The notes beneath the pieces were generated by a model. That model saw nothing but the letters and a program-made list of their open reading frames with translations, did not search any database and was not told where the DNA came from. DNA of 64,000 nucleotides from Candidatus Thorarchaeota archaeon (GTDB taxonomy: Archaea; Asgardarchaeota; Thorarchaeia; Thorarchaeales; Thorarchaeaceae): contig JAWOEX010000021.1 in assembly GCA_046482545.1 (NCBI GenBank), forward strand, positions 160,001-224,000. Direction: 5' to 3'. The position numbers and the translations under genes were made by a program. Positions 54,088 to 64,000 of this stretch are shown piece by piece (the first letter of the stretch is position 1; each line of letters starts with the position of its first letter).

Positions 54088-56526
54088 GTGCTAATGAAAA
54101 AGACTGCTCTACTGAGTTTCTTTCTTATACTGATACTATCATTGCAGATGCCAATTGCACAGGATGCATCGACTACATCCAGTGCAAATGACATTCAGAA
54201 TTCTCTCTCCAATTCTGTTGGAGGCAATGTGCTAGTTGACGAGTCTCATACTGGTAATGCATCCGAAATGTGGACACCAGGAAATGCATCTATGTTTGGC
54301 TGGATAATAGCAGAGCATGGATACAATGTTAGTATGAACTGGAATTCATCTCTTGACAGCGGTATTCTCGACGAATACGATATTCTGTGTTTGTTCTTCC
54401 CATATATTCCGCTGACATCACAGGAGACTGATGCCATTCATACATTCGTTGAAAATGGGGGAGGTTTATTGCTGGTTGGAGTGAATCCTCTAGAGTCTAC
54501 TTGGGGATACAGCAGCTCAAATCTGAATCCGGTATCATCCGCGTATGGAATAGAATTCAACGCGGAAAGGTGGCGCGGGCGTATACTGAGAAGTGAGGGG
54601 GACTTCTCAGTAGATCACCACATAACGACAGATGTAAGCTCATTCCATTCAAATGCAGACCAGCTGAGTGGATGTACAATATCTCTGAGCGGCTCAGCTA
54701 CACCATTAGCAACGGGCGGCGCGGGAGATGTTCTTGCTGTTGCAGAAGACGGCAGTGGGAAAGTAGTAGCAATTGGATCTCTTGCCCCATTCACTCAGTA
54801 CAGAAAAAATGTCGGATGGCAAGTAGATGAAGACGATCACTCGCAGCTAACCGTCAATATTTTCGATTGGTTGGTTGGAGCTGAGCAAAGGTCAGTTAGT
54901 CTTCCAGAGAGAGCCATTATCAAGGTCGGACAAGGACCTGATTTGAATGAAACAGAAATTGCAGAGTATGAAATATTCAATGGGGCGTATCACGAACACA
55001 CAACTGCTAGTGATGGGCAAGACTCACCAAGTACAATGGCGATAAGAAACATCGAGGTGGAACAGGATTTCTGTGTGATGACAGATCATTCCTATGATAC
55101 ACCTGCTACAAACGGAATCCATGGAGCCCTAGGAATGAGAGATTTCACAAGAGAATATGGATTGGATTCGGAAATATTCATTGGAGCTGAGTTATCTGCG
55201 ATTCCGCACACAGTCGGCTTTCCCCTTACTGAACAGATCTATACCAGCAGTACGCAAACAGCTGTAGATGGAATCCATTCTCAAGGAGGTATAGCAGTAT
55301 TCTGCCACCCAACCATAGGATATCCGTACGCGGAGGTCTGGGAGAACTTTGAGGAATACGGTTATGACGCATTTGAAGTAGATAATTCCGGATATATCCA
55401 CGGCTTGGGAGAACAAGCATACTTCTGGCCTTTTATGGGAGCCTCGGATGGTCATTCTGCTGCAAAACTTGGCAGGGTGAGGAATGTGGCATTTGTAAAG
55501 AATCCAAGTGGACCAAGTGGTGCAATTACAGCACAAGACCTTGTAGATGCGGTCTTGAATCGTAGAATAGTCATTCTTGACAAGTATAACAATCTCGTTT
55601 TCGGTCAAGGTGTCTGGGTTGATCGTTTTCTATCACTTCAGGAGTCGGCTGAAACTGCTGTTGAAAATGCAGAGACTCAAATTGAGACACTTGAAAGTAG
55701 CGGATACAACATGTCACTCTCGCAGCTCTACCTCAACCACGCAAAAAGCGCCCTAGACTGGTGGAATCCAACCCGGGCACTGCAATATGCAGACGATGCA
55801 ATAGGTGACGAAGTGACCGGTATTGCATTAAATGTGAAATCTGAGTGCATTGGAGTAGTTGAAGCAAACAGCGAGACAATAGTGACTCTATCAATGTCCA
55901 ACAGGCTCGAAGCCGGAATACACCTGAATGCTACTCCTTTCGTCGGTACATCTTTGAGCTTTGAAGAGAAGTCAAAGATTCTCGCAGCAGGTTCAGGCAC
56001 TACAGAAGATGTAGATTTCATCGCTCAATCAGACAGCTACGGATATACGAAGGTCGTTTTCAACCTGAAGGACTTCAACACAACAGAGAATCTGAAACCT
56101 GTCACTCTATTGACTGGCGGGATTATTGACAGTGTCACCTCTTCAGTGGAATCTACTGACGAAGGATTGATGTTAGCCATTGATCTCCCACAGGACAGCG
56201 GCAGCAAGGATTTGATTTCGTCTGTGAATCTCACCTATTCGAATGACGGTACAGAGGAAACCATACTCATGCAATACGTGGGAGGCAAGTATAGCGTTGA
56301 AATTGGTCCATATTCAGAAGGGACCAATGTAACTATCCAAGTATCTGTCGGGGATAAACTAGGCAATACATTTCTCCTCGAGAGCAAGACGATTACAGTC
56401 ACTGGAGCGACAAGTCCCAGTTCACCCGGAATGCTTAATCCGCTGGTACTCGCCGCAATAGGTGTGACCGTAGTCGTTATCATCGCAGTTGTCTTCGTTG
56501 TTATGAGAAAAAAAGGAACAATCTAG
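54088..56526 (+). CDS. Membrane-anchored extracellular GIFT/DUF4350 + PHP-family metallohydrolase
   Basis: Signal peptide; 'VLVDESH...FVENGGGLLLVG...NIFDWL'; PHP 'HEHTTASDG', 'TDHS', 'GAEL', 'CHP', 'FEVDN', 'GASDGH'; C-terminal TM + 'RKKG'. Confidence 0.75.
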   Translation: MLMKKTALLSFFLILILSLQMPIAQDASTTSSANDIQNSLSNSVGGNVLVDESHTGNASEMWTPGNASMFGWIIAEHGYNVSMNWNSSLDSGILDEYDILCLFFPYIPLTSQETDAIHTFVENGGGLLLVGVNPLESTWGYSSSNLNPVSSAYGIEFNAERWRGRILRSEGDFSVDHHITTDVSSFHSNADQLSGCTISLSGSATPLATGGAGDVLAVAEDGSGKVVAIGSLAPFTQYRKNVGWQVDEDDHSQLTVNIFDWLVGAEQRSVSLPERAIIKVGQGPDLNETEIAEYEIFNGAYHEHTTASDGQDSPSTMAIRNIEVEQDFCVMTDHSYDTPATNGIHGALGMRDFTREYGLDSEIFIGAELSAIPHTVGFPLTEQIYTSSTQTAVDGIHSQGGIAVFCHPTIGYPYAEVWENFEEYGYDAFEVDNSGYIHGLGEQAYFWPFMGASDGHSAAKLGRVRNVAFVKNPSGPSGAITAQDLVDAVLNRRIVILDKYNNLVFGQGVWVDRFLSLQESAETAVENAETQIETLESSGYNMSLSQLYLNHAKSALDWWNPTRALQYADDAIGDEVTGIALNVKSECIGVVEANSETIVTLSMSNRLEAGIHLNATPFVGTSLSFEEKSKILAAGSGTTEDVDFIAQSDSYGYTKVVFNLKDFNTTENLKPVTLLTGGIIDSVTSSVESTDEGLMLAIDLPQDSGSKDLISSVNLTYSNDGTEETILMQYVGGKYSVEIGPYSEGTNVTIQVSVGDKLGNTFLLESKTITVTGATSPSSPGMLNPLVLAAIGVTVVVIIAVVFVVMRKKGTI

Positions 56527-56590
56527 GTAGCGAGTTGGACATAGAGCCCTCTCGCTGCCATCCCTATAGCTCGCGGACAGGAGTAGAAGG

Positions 56591-57415
56591 ATGACAAGCC
56601 TACTTGAGATTACGAAATATCTGAATGATATAGCACCGGATAGACTTTCTCTTGCTCAGCAGGAAGGGCACGTGGAAATAGGGCCACAGTCTACAATTGA
56701 ACGGGCTAGGACTACTGTTAACAGGGTTTTAGTAGCATCTTATCCTTCTGCAAGGGTCGTGACAAGCGCTACCCAGCAAAAAGCAAACCTTCTCATAACT
56801 AATAGGCCGATTTTTTCTACTCCCAAGAAACACCTTGGCGGATGGAATCTTGACCGCGTCCGACTACTGAGTAAGAATTACATATCCACATACGTTATGA
56901 GTTCAGCTTGGACAGGATTTGAGAACGGGCTCAGTGATGCACTTGTAGAGAAACTTGGCCTCACCCATAAGCAACAATTCATGACAAAGGGGGACTACGA
57001 ACCGTCTGTTCCTGCAGGTCGTATAGTTGGTACTGCGGAGACTATGAACCATTCTCGGTTTATTAACTACGTCGCCGATAAGCTGAATCTAGATTCAATT
57101 AGATTCACTGGTCAGCTGGATCAAGAAGTGGAACGTGTAGTAGTCATTCCCGGTGAACTGGTTTCAGAACGTGAAATTCTGAATGCCCTTGAGAAGAAAG
57201 CTAAGACGATATTGACCGGGGATGTGACACCACGTACGAGAATCCTAGCAACTGAACGTGGCTGTAATCTGCTTGAGTTAGGTTCTTTCGTGACGGAGAA
57301 CCCGGGTATGGAACGGCTCAACAACTATCTAAGCTTAGAATTTCCCGAATTGAAAGTCTCGTATGTTGAAGCCCAGCCGCATAGTAAGACCCTCTGTTTT
57401 GAAAAGAGAATATAG
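56591..57415 (+). CDS. Nif3/YbgI-like protein, metal ligands degenerate
   Basis: 'YLNDIAP', 'VNRVLVA', 'NLLITNRPIF', 'GLSDALVEKLGL', 'GRIV', 'LTGDV', 'TENPGM'. Confidence 0.75.
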   Translation: MTSLLEITKYLNDIAPDRLSLAQQEGHVEIGPQSTIERARTTVNRVLVASYPSARVVTSATQQKANLLITNRPIFSTPKKHLGGWNLDRVRLLSKNYISTYVMSSAWTGFENGLSDALVEKLGLTHKQQFMTKGDYEPSVPAGRIVGTAETMNHSRFINYVADKLNLDSIRFTGQLDQEVERVVVIPGELVSEREILNALEKKAKTILTGDVTPRTRILATERGCNLLELGSFVTENPGMERLNNYLSLEFPELKVSYVEAQPHSKTLCFEKRI

Positions 57416-57430
57416 GTAGTAGAAACTAAT

Positions 57431-58315
57431 CTAGCCGCGTATCATAACGACGTTCTTGTGGCGGTCCACTCCAACATGACGGGCCACTGGCCAGCATTTT
57501 GTTCTCAGGATGTGTACGACCGGACATAGTTCAGAAGTATCAAATTCCGTCATGCTCTCGTAGTTGCCCATTCCTTTCGCCACCACTAACTCAGCGGAGA
57601 AAAGCAATTCCTTGAAATCATCTGAATCACGCTCTAGATTGACTCCAATTGCCGGAGCTCCAGTATCAACCACTCTGTCGGCACATTCATCTAACCCGAC
57701 TTCCTCCGCGTCAGTCATGGTAGCATCGTTAAGAATAGGACCTCCTTTCACAACTGCGACCACTTTGGCTCCGAGATCCTGAATCTGTTCAATAAGCACC
57801 ATGTCCAACACGATTTCACCTGCGTTGTCCATCAAGTAAACGACTTCGTCAACATCCTGACATAGTCTGTAAAACTCATCGACCTCGTCAATAGCCAAAT
57901 CAGATTCTACATCATCCACCAACTCTCGAAGCACATTCAAATCGAAATCCCTCCCTGAGACATCAAACTCTATTGCATTCGCTGCAGCTGCAATCAGTGC
58001 AGCCTTCCTGAACATAAAATGAGAATCAATCTGTTCATGTACCAGTCTACGAAGAGTTGGGAGTAGTTCAAGAGCTAGCGTGTTGGATTCTTCTTTGAGG
58101 CTTTCATATGGGTCATTCCCTGTTATCTTCTGAACAAGCAAGTCTCTTTCAGTACCAATATGGCTGGGTACTGAGTTTTCATCAAGCTTCTCACCGAACA
58201 GCTTGGTGATTGCTGTTACGACCTCCATTTGTTTTTCTAAGTCATCGGTAGCAAGCTTGGCTTGGTTTACTGCTCGTTCAATGAGACAATGGACGCATTC
58301 GACGTCGACTTTCAA
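57431..58315 (-). CDS. DUF89/ARMT1-like damage-control phosphatase
   Basis: 'ECVHC', 'DPYESLK..SN', 'ANAIEF', 'DNAGEIVLD', 'PILNDAT', 'AKGMGNYES', 'KCWPVA'. Confidence 0.88.
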   Translation of the reverse strand: MKVDVECVHCLIERAVNQAKLATDDLEKQMEVVTAITKLFGEKLDENSVPSHIGTERDLLVQKITGNDPYESLKEESNTLALELLPTLRRLVHEQIDSHFMFRKAALIAAAANAIEFDVSGRDFDLNVLRELVDDVESDLAIDEVDEFYRLCQDVDEVVYLMDNAGEIVLDMVLIEQIQDLGAKVVAVVKGGPILNDATMTDAEEVGLDECADRVVDTGAPAIGVNLERDSDDFKELLFSAELVVAKGMGNYESMTEFDTSELCPVVHILRTKCWPVARHVGVDRHKNVVMIRG

Positions 58316-58372
58316 TTAGATTCCCAGTTCTCTAGCCATTCAAGTGCCTGAAAAACCAAACGGAATAGACAC

Positions 58373-59071
<699 letters not shown>

Positions 59072-59136
59072 CTATAGAGCCTGACTTCCTAATAAGTGCC
59101 TATGATAACTCGTTTCTTACAGTTTCGAACCGATTA

Positions 59137-59712
59137 TCAGGGACGAATCTGGCCGACTAATAGGCGCAGAATGGGTACCCTGACATAACCCCGCTTATTC
59201 AGTTCTTCAATGGGTTTACGCACCTCAATTTTGACATATTTGTCCGGTTCGCTCTCTCGATAATACTGCATGTAAATGTCAGAAAACTCATCAAACGTCA
59301 CAGCATCAAGGAGGCTCTTGGCTACAGAATTGGAAATTCGAATAAAGACATCTTCGTCAGAACAAGTGCCAGATTCAATCTGAACTGGACCCATAGAGTT
59401 CTTAGTGACGTTGAATCGCTCACCCATGACCATAAACTCCAGCGAGAACTCATCTGGAGCGTTCATTCCTCTCGCTGTTTCTTCACTATCGAACAAGAAA
59501 TCCAGCCGCTTCTGAAACGTGGAATGATACGGAATAGCGCCTTCCACACGATCGAGCGGCTTCTCAACAACTTCAGCTTCTTCCTCAGCCCCAATTTCTT
59601 GTTTGGTCTTGGCCTCGGCGGATGGCTCCTCTGTCACTTCTGATTCGGCTTCAACTTTTTCATCTTCTTTTTCCTCCTTACCGAGGAATTTCTTAATCCT
59701 GTCCATAACCAT
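59137..59712 (-). CDS. Hypothetical protein, acidic N-terminus + possible SCP2-like domain
   Basis: 'FMVMGERFNV...VQIESG...DEDVFIRIS' resembles SCP2 strands. Confidence 0.45.
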   Translation of the reverse strand: MVMDRIKKFLGKEEKEDEKVEAESEVTEEPSAEAKTKQEIGAEEEAEVVEKPLDRVEGAIPYHSTFQKRLDFLFDSEETARGMNAPDEFSLEFMVMGERFNVTKNSMGPVQIESGTCSDEDVFIRISNSVAKSLLDAVTFDEFSDIYMQYYRESEPDKYVKIEVRKPIEELNKRGYVRVPILRLLVGQIRP

Positions 59713-59805
59713 TTTTATGATTCTCCCGAGTTCATTTTGAACTGAATGAGCACTCAAGCAACACTCTGATTACACCACTAAAAAACATATTTTAGATAGA
59801 GATAT

Positions 59806-60027
59806 TCACGGCGAGGATATCTCTTCCTCAGAAGAAGACTCCTGAAGCTGCGATACAAGCGGGGCAGAAGTGCGTTTTTGTGTTCTTGTGCCCCACAGTT
59901 CATCAACAAGCAAGTCCCGAATAGCGATTCGAATCGCTTCAGATCGATTTGGGTACTTACTCTGTTCTACCAAGTCCTCGATACCGGTAACATACCTTTG
60001 AGGCAAACATAGTGTGACGACTTTCAT
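59806..60027 (-). CDS. Ribbon-helix-helix regulator (CopG/CdrS-like)
   Basis: 'MKVVTLCLP...IEDLVEQSKYPNRSEAIRIAIRDLL'. Confidence 0.85.
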   Translation of the reverse strand: MKVVTLCLPQRYVTGIEDLVEQSKYPNRSEAIRIAIRDLLVDELWGTRTQKRTSAPLVSQLQESSSEEEISSP

Positions 60028-60442
60028 CTGAATCCTTTGAGTTGTTTGACAAACCAAATAATGAATCGGTGTCTCACTCAGGTTGTCACTGGGATATTAC
60101 TCGCTTAGGAATTAGTAGGCCCAACAGCAGGACCAGTTCTTAGCCTTCGAACAACTTTACCAAAGCCTCTTGAAAAATCGGCTTTGTCTTCGAGCAGCTT
60201 CTTGGGATCCTCAATGATGATTGCAAATACGAATCTTGTGACATTGCAATCATTTGTATCATAGAACATTTCCGGAGGCTTAAGGAACCAATCCTTCTAT
60301 TGCTTCACAACACGCTTCGCGAAATGTCTAATCTAAACGAGTTATCAACAGTAGAAAGCACGAGTAAAGGGCAACATCCAAAGAATAGCACTTAAAGAGG
60401 GAAGGGGGTCATGGAAAGCAGATACACCTGAAGGTGATATGA

Positions 60443-60727
60443 ATGGGAAATCAAGGAAAAGTACGAGCAAGCCACATTCTTGTTGACAAGCATAGTAGAG
60501 CAGTAGAGATCATCAATAAGATTAAGGAAGGAGCCAGTTTCAAGAAGATGGCAAAAGAACACAGCGAGTGCCCAAGCAGAAAGAAAGGCGGGGATCTTGG
60601 CTACTTTACCAGGGGCAAAATGGTGAAGCCATTTGAGCAAGCTGCCTTTGACCTCACAGTTGGAGCCATGACTCAAGAACCCGTGAAAACTCAGTTTGGT
60701 TACCACATAATAAAGAGAACTGGCTAG
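60443..60727 (+). CDS. ppiC: Parvulin-type peptidyl-prolyl isomerase
   Basis: 'VRASHILV', 'FKKMAKEHSECPS..KGGDLGYF.RGKMVKPFE.AAF', 'PVKTQFGYHII'. Confidence 0.93.
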   Translation: MGNQGKVRASHILVDKHSRAVEIINKIKEGASFKKMAKEHSECPSRKKGGDLGYFTRGKMVKPFEQAAFDLTVGAMTQEPVKTQFGYHIIKRTG

Positions 60728-60759
60728 TCTGCTAGTAGGAGAGAACGAAACAATAGAAG

Positions 60760-60794
60760 TTGGACTAAGGCCCGTTTAAGGGCCCGAAGTCCAA
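60760..60794. terminator. Hairpin between the convergent ppiC and fbp genes
   Basis: TTGGACT-aa-GGCCC-gtttaa-GGGCC-cga-AGTCCAA. Confidence 0.45.
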
Positions 60795-60805
60795 GAACTA
60801 AACAA

Positions 60806-61927
60806 CTATTCTTTTTCTGGCCGTATCTCTTCTTCAGTAAAGCGATCAGCACATTTGTCTAACACTCTTGGGAGAGTAGTATACTCCATCGCTCTCTCAT
60901 CAAGCCGATGCGGCATGAAGGGGCCATGTCTCCTGAGATACTCCACAGCATCCATTGCTCGCTTCCGGGTGATGTCAAATGCAACATCCTCAAAGAGATC
61001 AACAGGACCAAGCAATTTGCCGTGGGCTACATGAAATCCTAGTCCGATGACCCGGGGAGGACCATCAAATCGTGTACATCGGGAATCCTCCAAGCTGACC
61101 GGCATCAGTGGGCCAATATGAGAGCCACGCATCCATCCCGCCACCATATGAGGTATTGTAAAGCCCTCCAGTATTTCACCCATTGCCGGGAGACCAGAGT
61201 GGCCTCTTACTATAGCCACCGGATCATCCTTGCCGATGTACTTCCCTGCGATCTGGTGGAGTTTGTCAGTGCTTACTGCGGCCGCAGGCATTCCATCATT
61301 ACGGTAGATTTTCTTGATAGTATAGCGACCAGTACTCCCCAACAAAGCCAGAAGGTCGTACGTCTCTTCAGGGCATTTCATTTCAAGGTAACAGGGTACC
61401 TCCTTCTTAATGTCCTGTATAACGAAACTGAAGCCCTCGTGAAAACTGGGATCTATGACCAAACCCGGAGTATTAAAGGGATCTGCAAAGATACGGAACA
61501 ATGGTAAACTGAAAGCACCTGGTTCCGTTTTATCTGCACAGAAAATCGCGAACGGATCGGATTTTCGTTCTTCGATGGTCATTTCCGCAGAACCGGGGCC
61601 CATACCCTTTACATTACCGCTAAAGGTATCTTCAAGCATATCCTGTCCGGCTGCATAGATTTTTCTTTTCCTAGCTTCTTCCGAACCTTTCATGAAGGTG
61701 TTCCATGCAAGCTCATGGACTTCTTCATTGTCCTCTCCCTTATCATGGGTCATAATGAGCTCAAGGTCGTCACCTGCATGTGTTACGTAGTAGTCATTAA
61801 TTATGCCATCTTCTACACCCGCTTTCATGGACTTACGTGCAATCTCCAATAGAAAATCGGGCACTATAACATGTCCAGCCAATGATCCTATGTCGGCCTT
61901 GATTACGCTAAGAGTCGTCTTCACCAT
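60806..61927 (-). CDS. fbp: Bifunctional fructose-1,6-bisphosphate aldolase/phosphatase (class V)
   Basis: 'IKADIGS..GH', 'GDDL', 'AGQD', 'GNVKGMGPG.AEM', 'DKTEPGAF', 'YIGKDDP', 'GWMRGSH', 'EYTT'. Confidence 0.95.
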   Translation of the reverse strand: MVKTTLSVIKADIGSLAGHVIVPDFLLEIARKSMKAGVEDGIINDYYVTHAGDDLELIMTHDKGEDNEEVHELAWNTFMKGSEEARKRKIYAAGQDMLEDTFSGNVKGMGPGSAEMTIEERKSDPFAIFCADKTEPGAFSLPLFRIFADPFNTPGLVIDPSFHEGFSFVIQDIKKEVPCYLEMKCPEETYDLLALLGSTGRYTIKKIYRNDGMPAAAVSTDKLHQIAGKYIGKDDPVAIVRGHSGLPAMGEILEGFTIPHMVAGWMRGSHIGPLMPVSLEDSRCTRFDGPPRVIGLGFHVAHGKLLGPVDLFEDVAFDITRKRAMDAVEYLRRHGPFMPHRLDERAMEYTTLPRVLDKCADRFTEEEIRPEKE

Positions 61928-62091
61928 TCACAGCTCGCTCCATCTATTCTTGGTCTTCCAGTATCAGGAGGGTCCCTCCTCAAATCCCATAACAGGCATT
62001 TCGAACCAACCTAGGAGGTGAGCACCCCTTTCGAGTGTTCATTATTATACACACATATAATAGTACCGCAAGAACATAAATTGTATCGAAT

Positions 62092-62994
62092 CTATGAATC
62101 CTTCAGAAGGGTTTTGATTTTAGAAGTCATCTTCAAAGCATCGTCCCAGTGCCTTTGCCAGATGTTTCGCCCGAAAATCAAGCCGGTTGCACCATTTTCC
62201 ATGCATATTCTGGCTTTCTTCAGAATATCCGCATCACTGATTTTACTACCCCCAGAGAAAATAACTAACGTTTTACCAGCTGACTTCACAACCTTCCTGA
62301 CCCTCTGTGCATAGTCCAAGTCCATCGAGTCATAAGGTGAAGGCTGGTCTGCCTTCTTCGCAGGGTCTGTATCAGGCACATTCAGTTTGACAACATCTGC
62401 ACCCAGTTCGTTGGCAACTCTAGCTGCATAATCAACCGCATACAGTGAATCCCTTCCGCCCTTCTTTTCTATGGCTTTGCCACGGGGATATGACCAGACA
62501 ATCAACGGCAATCCAAACCGAGTCGCATTCTGTCTCACTTGCCGCAGCTGTCTAAAATCTGCTACTTGATTGGGAGAACCTATGTAAAGGGTATAGCCTA
62601 CAGCGTCTGCACCAATGCGGACAGCATCTTCCACGGATGCTGTAAGTGGTGATAGGGCTTCCTCATCAGAGGGTATATTCGTTTTGCCATTCAACTTCAG
62701 CACGATGGGTATCTTTCCAGCATATTTCCCTGCGTGTTTTTCGGCAAGACCAATGTGAAGAGCAATTCCTGAGAAGCCACCCTCTATAGCCAATCGAAAT
62801 TGAAAATCGGGATTAATGCTCTCAGGATTTGTAAACATGTCAATTGGGCCGTGTTCCAAGCCCTGATCTATTGGCAGAATCAAAAGCGTGCCATTACCAG
62901 GTCCAAATTGGTACATCATGCGACGTAGCCGCGTCTGTTTTCCCATATTAAGATGGTCTAAGTTCATATCACTGGAGGTCATTCCGATATTCAC
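62092..62994 (-). CDS. fbaB: Class I fructose-bisphosphate aldolase (DhnA/FbaB type)
   Basis: 'LPIDQGLEHGP', 'LKLNGKT', 'GADAVGYTLYIGS', 'WSYPRG', 'GADVVK', 'SGGSK', 'IFGRN'. Confidence 0.9.
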   Translation of the reverse strand: MNIGMTSSDMNLDHLNMGKQTRLRRMMYQFGPGNGTLLILPIDQGLEHGPIDMFTNPESINPDFQFRLAIEGGFSGIALHIGLAEKHAGKYAGKIPIVLKLNGKTNIPSDEEALSPLTASVEDAVRIGADAVGYTLYIGSPNQVADFRQLRQVRQNATRFGLPLIVWSYPRGKAIEKKGGRDSLYAVDYAARVANELGADVVKLNVPDTDPAKKADQPSPYDSMDLDYAQRVRKVVKSAGKTLVIFSGGSKISDADILKKARICMENGATGLIFGRNIWQRHWDDALKMTSKIKTLLKDS

Positions 62995-63009
62995 CTGTAT
63001 TGATAGCCT

Positions 63010-63303
63010 CTATGGGTCCTCAACTGATAAATCATCAGATGAGGTTTCTCCTACAGGCCAAGTGCCTAGACGAGATACCCACCAGAAGAGCACTATGCCA
63101 GTATTGATGGTAAGCACCCATATTGCAGCCACAAGGAAAAACTGTGCTATGACAACATAAGCTCCTTCCGGCGGTCTTCCGTACCACAGGTAGGCAAAAA
63201 ACATGGCTACTTGAATGAGAAGCCCAAGTAGAATCATAATCTGAAAAAATAGAAGTGTCTTCTGCTCAGTAGCGAACGTTTTGAAGCGACGGCGTATACT
63301 CAA
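63010..63303 (-). CDS. Small 2-TM membrane protein
   Basis: 97 aa, two hydrophobic segments. Confidence 0.55.
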   Translation of the reverse strand: MSIRRRFKTFATEQKTLLFFQIMILLGLLIQVAMFFAYLWYGRPPEGAYVVIAQFFLVAAIWVLTINTGIVLFWWVSRLGTWPVGETSSDDLSVEDP

Positions 63304-63530
63304 GGTCTAAACCCTCTCATTACCATATGCAACCTAAGATTTAGTTCTTTTGTAGGGCCTCAGTAGGAGAAAATAGCAGCCTTCCAAGTCAACTTCATGA
63401 GAAATGTCGCCCCGCTGGAAAATTGGTCATTCTGAATGGGTTGTTATTTCGGAATCCTTATCACAAATCTTAGGGGAATGTTCGCACCTGAAAATTGACT
63501 GTCTTGACATCAGTAGATGTGACCGAAAAA

Positions 63531-64000
63531 ATGACAAAAGTAGCCTATCTAAGCAGCTACCCTCCAAGGGAATGTGGGATTGCCACCTTTACTGAGGATC
63601 TTACTACAAGCATTGATGCCCTCCACACCCTTAGCCCAGCGGCCATTATAGCCATAAATGATGAGAAATCATGGTACAGCTATGGTGAAGAAGTGATACT
63701 GCAGATAGATGAGGAGGATAAGGAGTCATATATTGAAGCAGCCCATGAGATTAACAACTCTGAATTTGACCTCATAAACGTGCAGCACGAGTTTGGACTC
63801 TTTGGCGGAGTGTGGGGAAATTATCTCCTGACACTTCTGGATAGCATGGACAAACCGAGTGTCACAACAATGCATACTACTCTGTCCCCTGATTCAAAGA
63901 GGCTGCACTCACTGGGAGAGGTGGCGATGCATAACAATGTTGTGAGAGGGATAGGAGAGAAGAGCTCTGCCATTGTTGTAATGACGCACATGGCTGCTAA
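63531..64000 (+). CDS. GT4-family glycosyltransferase, N-terminal part (runs off the window end)
   Basis: Own translation from ATG 63531: 'MTKVAYLSSYPPRECGIATFTEDL...INVQHEFGLFGG...VTTMHT'; absent from the ORF track because there is no stop. Confidence 0.8.
   Translation, partial: MTKVAYLSSYPPRECGIATFTEDLTTSIDALHTLSPAAIIAINDEKSWYSYGEEVILQIDEEDKESYIEAAHEINNSEFDLINVQHEFGLFGGVWGNYLLTLLDSMDKPSVTTMHTTLSPDSKRLHSLGEVAMHNNVVRGIGEKSSAIVVMTHMAA

Noticed and set aside
60210-60260. Possible eukaryote-like SECIS (ATGA...AAA hairpin)
   Set aside because: No GA on the 3' arm to form the quartet, and no adjacent selenoprotein gene

Overview
This is a gene-dense archaeal chromosomal segment. Its content (ESCRT-I/II/III/Vps4 homologues, longin and Yip1 proteins, PolB1-type polymerase, DGGGP synthase, ArcS/RaSEA) points to an Asgard archaeon, most likely Thorarchaeia; the assignment is inferred from gene content. 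Most of the window is housekeeping: argS, aspS, tfb, tldD/E, a nurA-herA-mre11-rad50 operon, archaeosine genes, an Hrq1-like helicase, thioredoxins, tpiA, fbp and fbaB. The standout is a five-gene ESCRT locus at 13.9-19.0 kb with no ubiquitin or UEV genes in view. It contains (i) an apparent Vps28 N-terminal domain (ESCRT-I) fused to a Vps22/EAP30 tandem winged helix (ESCRT-II) and (ii) a protein with Zn fingers, a coiled coil, a GRAM/GLUE-like PH domain and a C-terminal Vps23-type steadiness box, beside Vps2/24/46-type ESCRT-III, Vps4 and Vps25. A cytosolic IFT52-like GIFT protein at 30.9 kb ends in a similar hairpin and may be an alternative ESCRT-I-like subunit. Also notable are two tRNA-Arg genes (GCG, CCG) that are identical except at the wobble base and share a non-canonical D-loop intron, several enzymes lacking catalytic residues, and a TFB with an extra partial cyclin repeat. 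All family calls come from motif recognition by eye; no searches were run.
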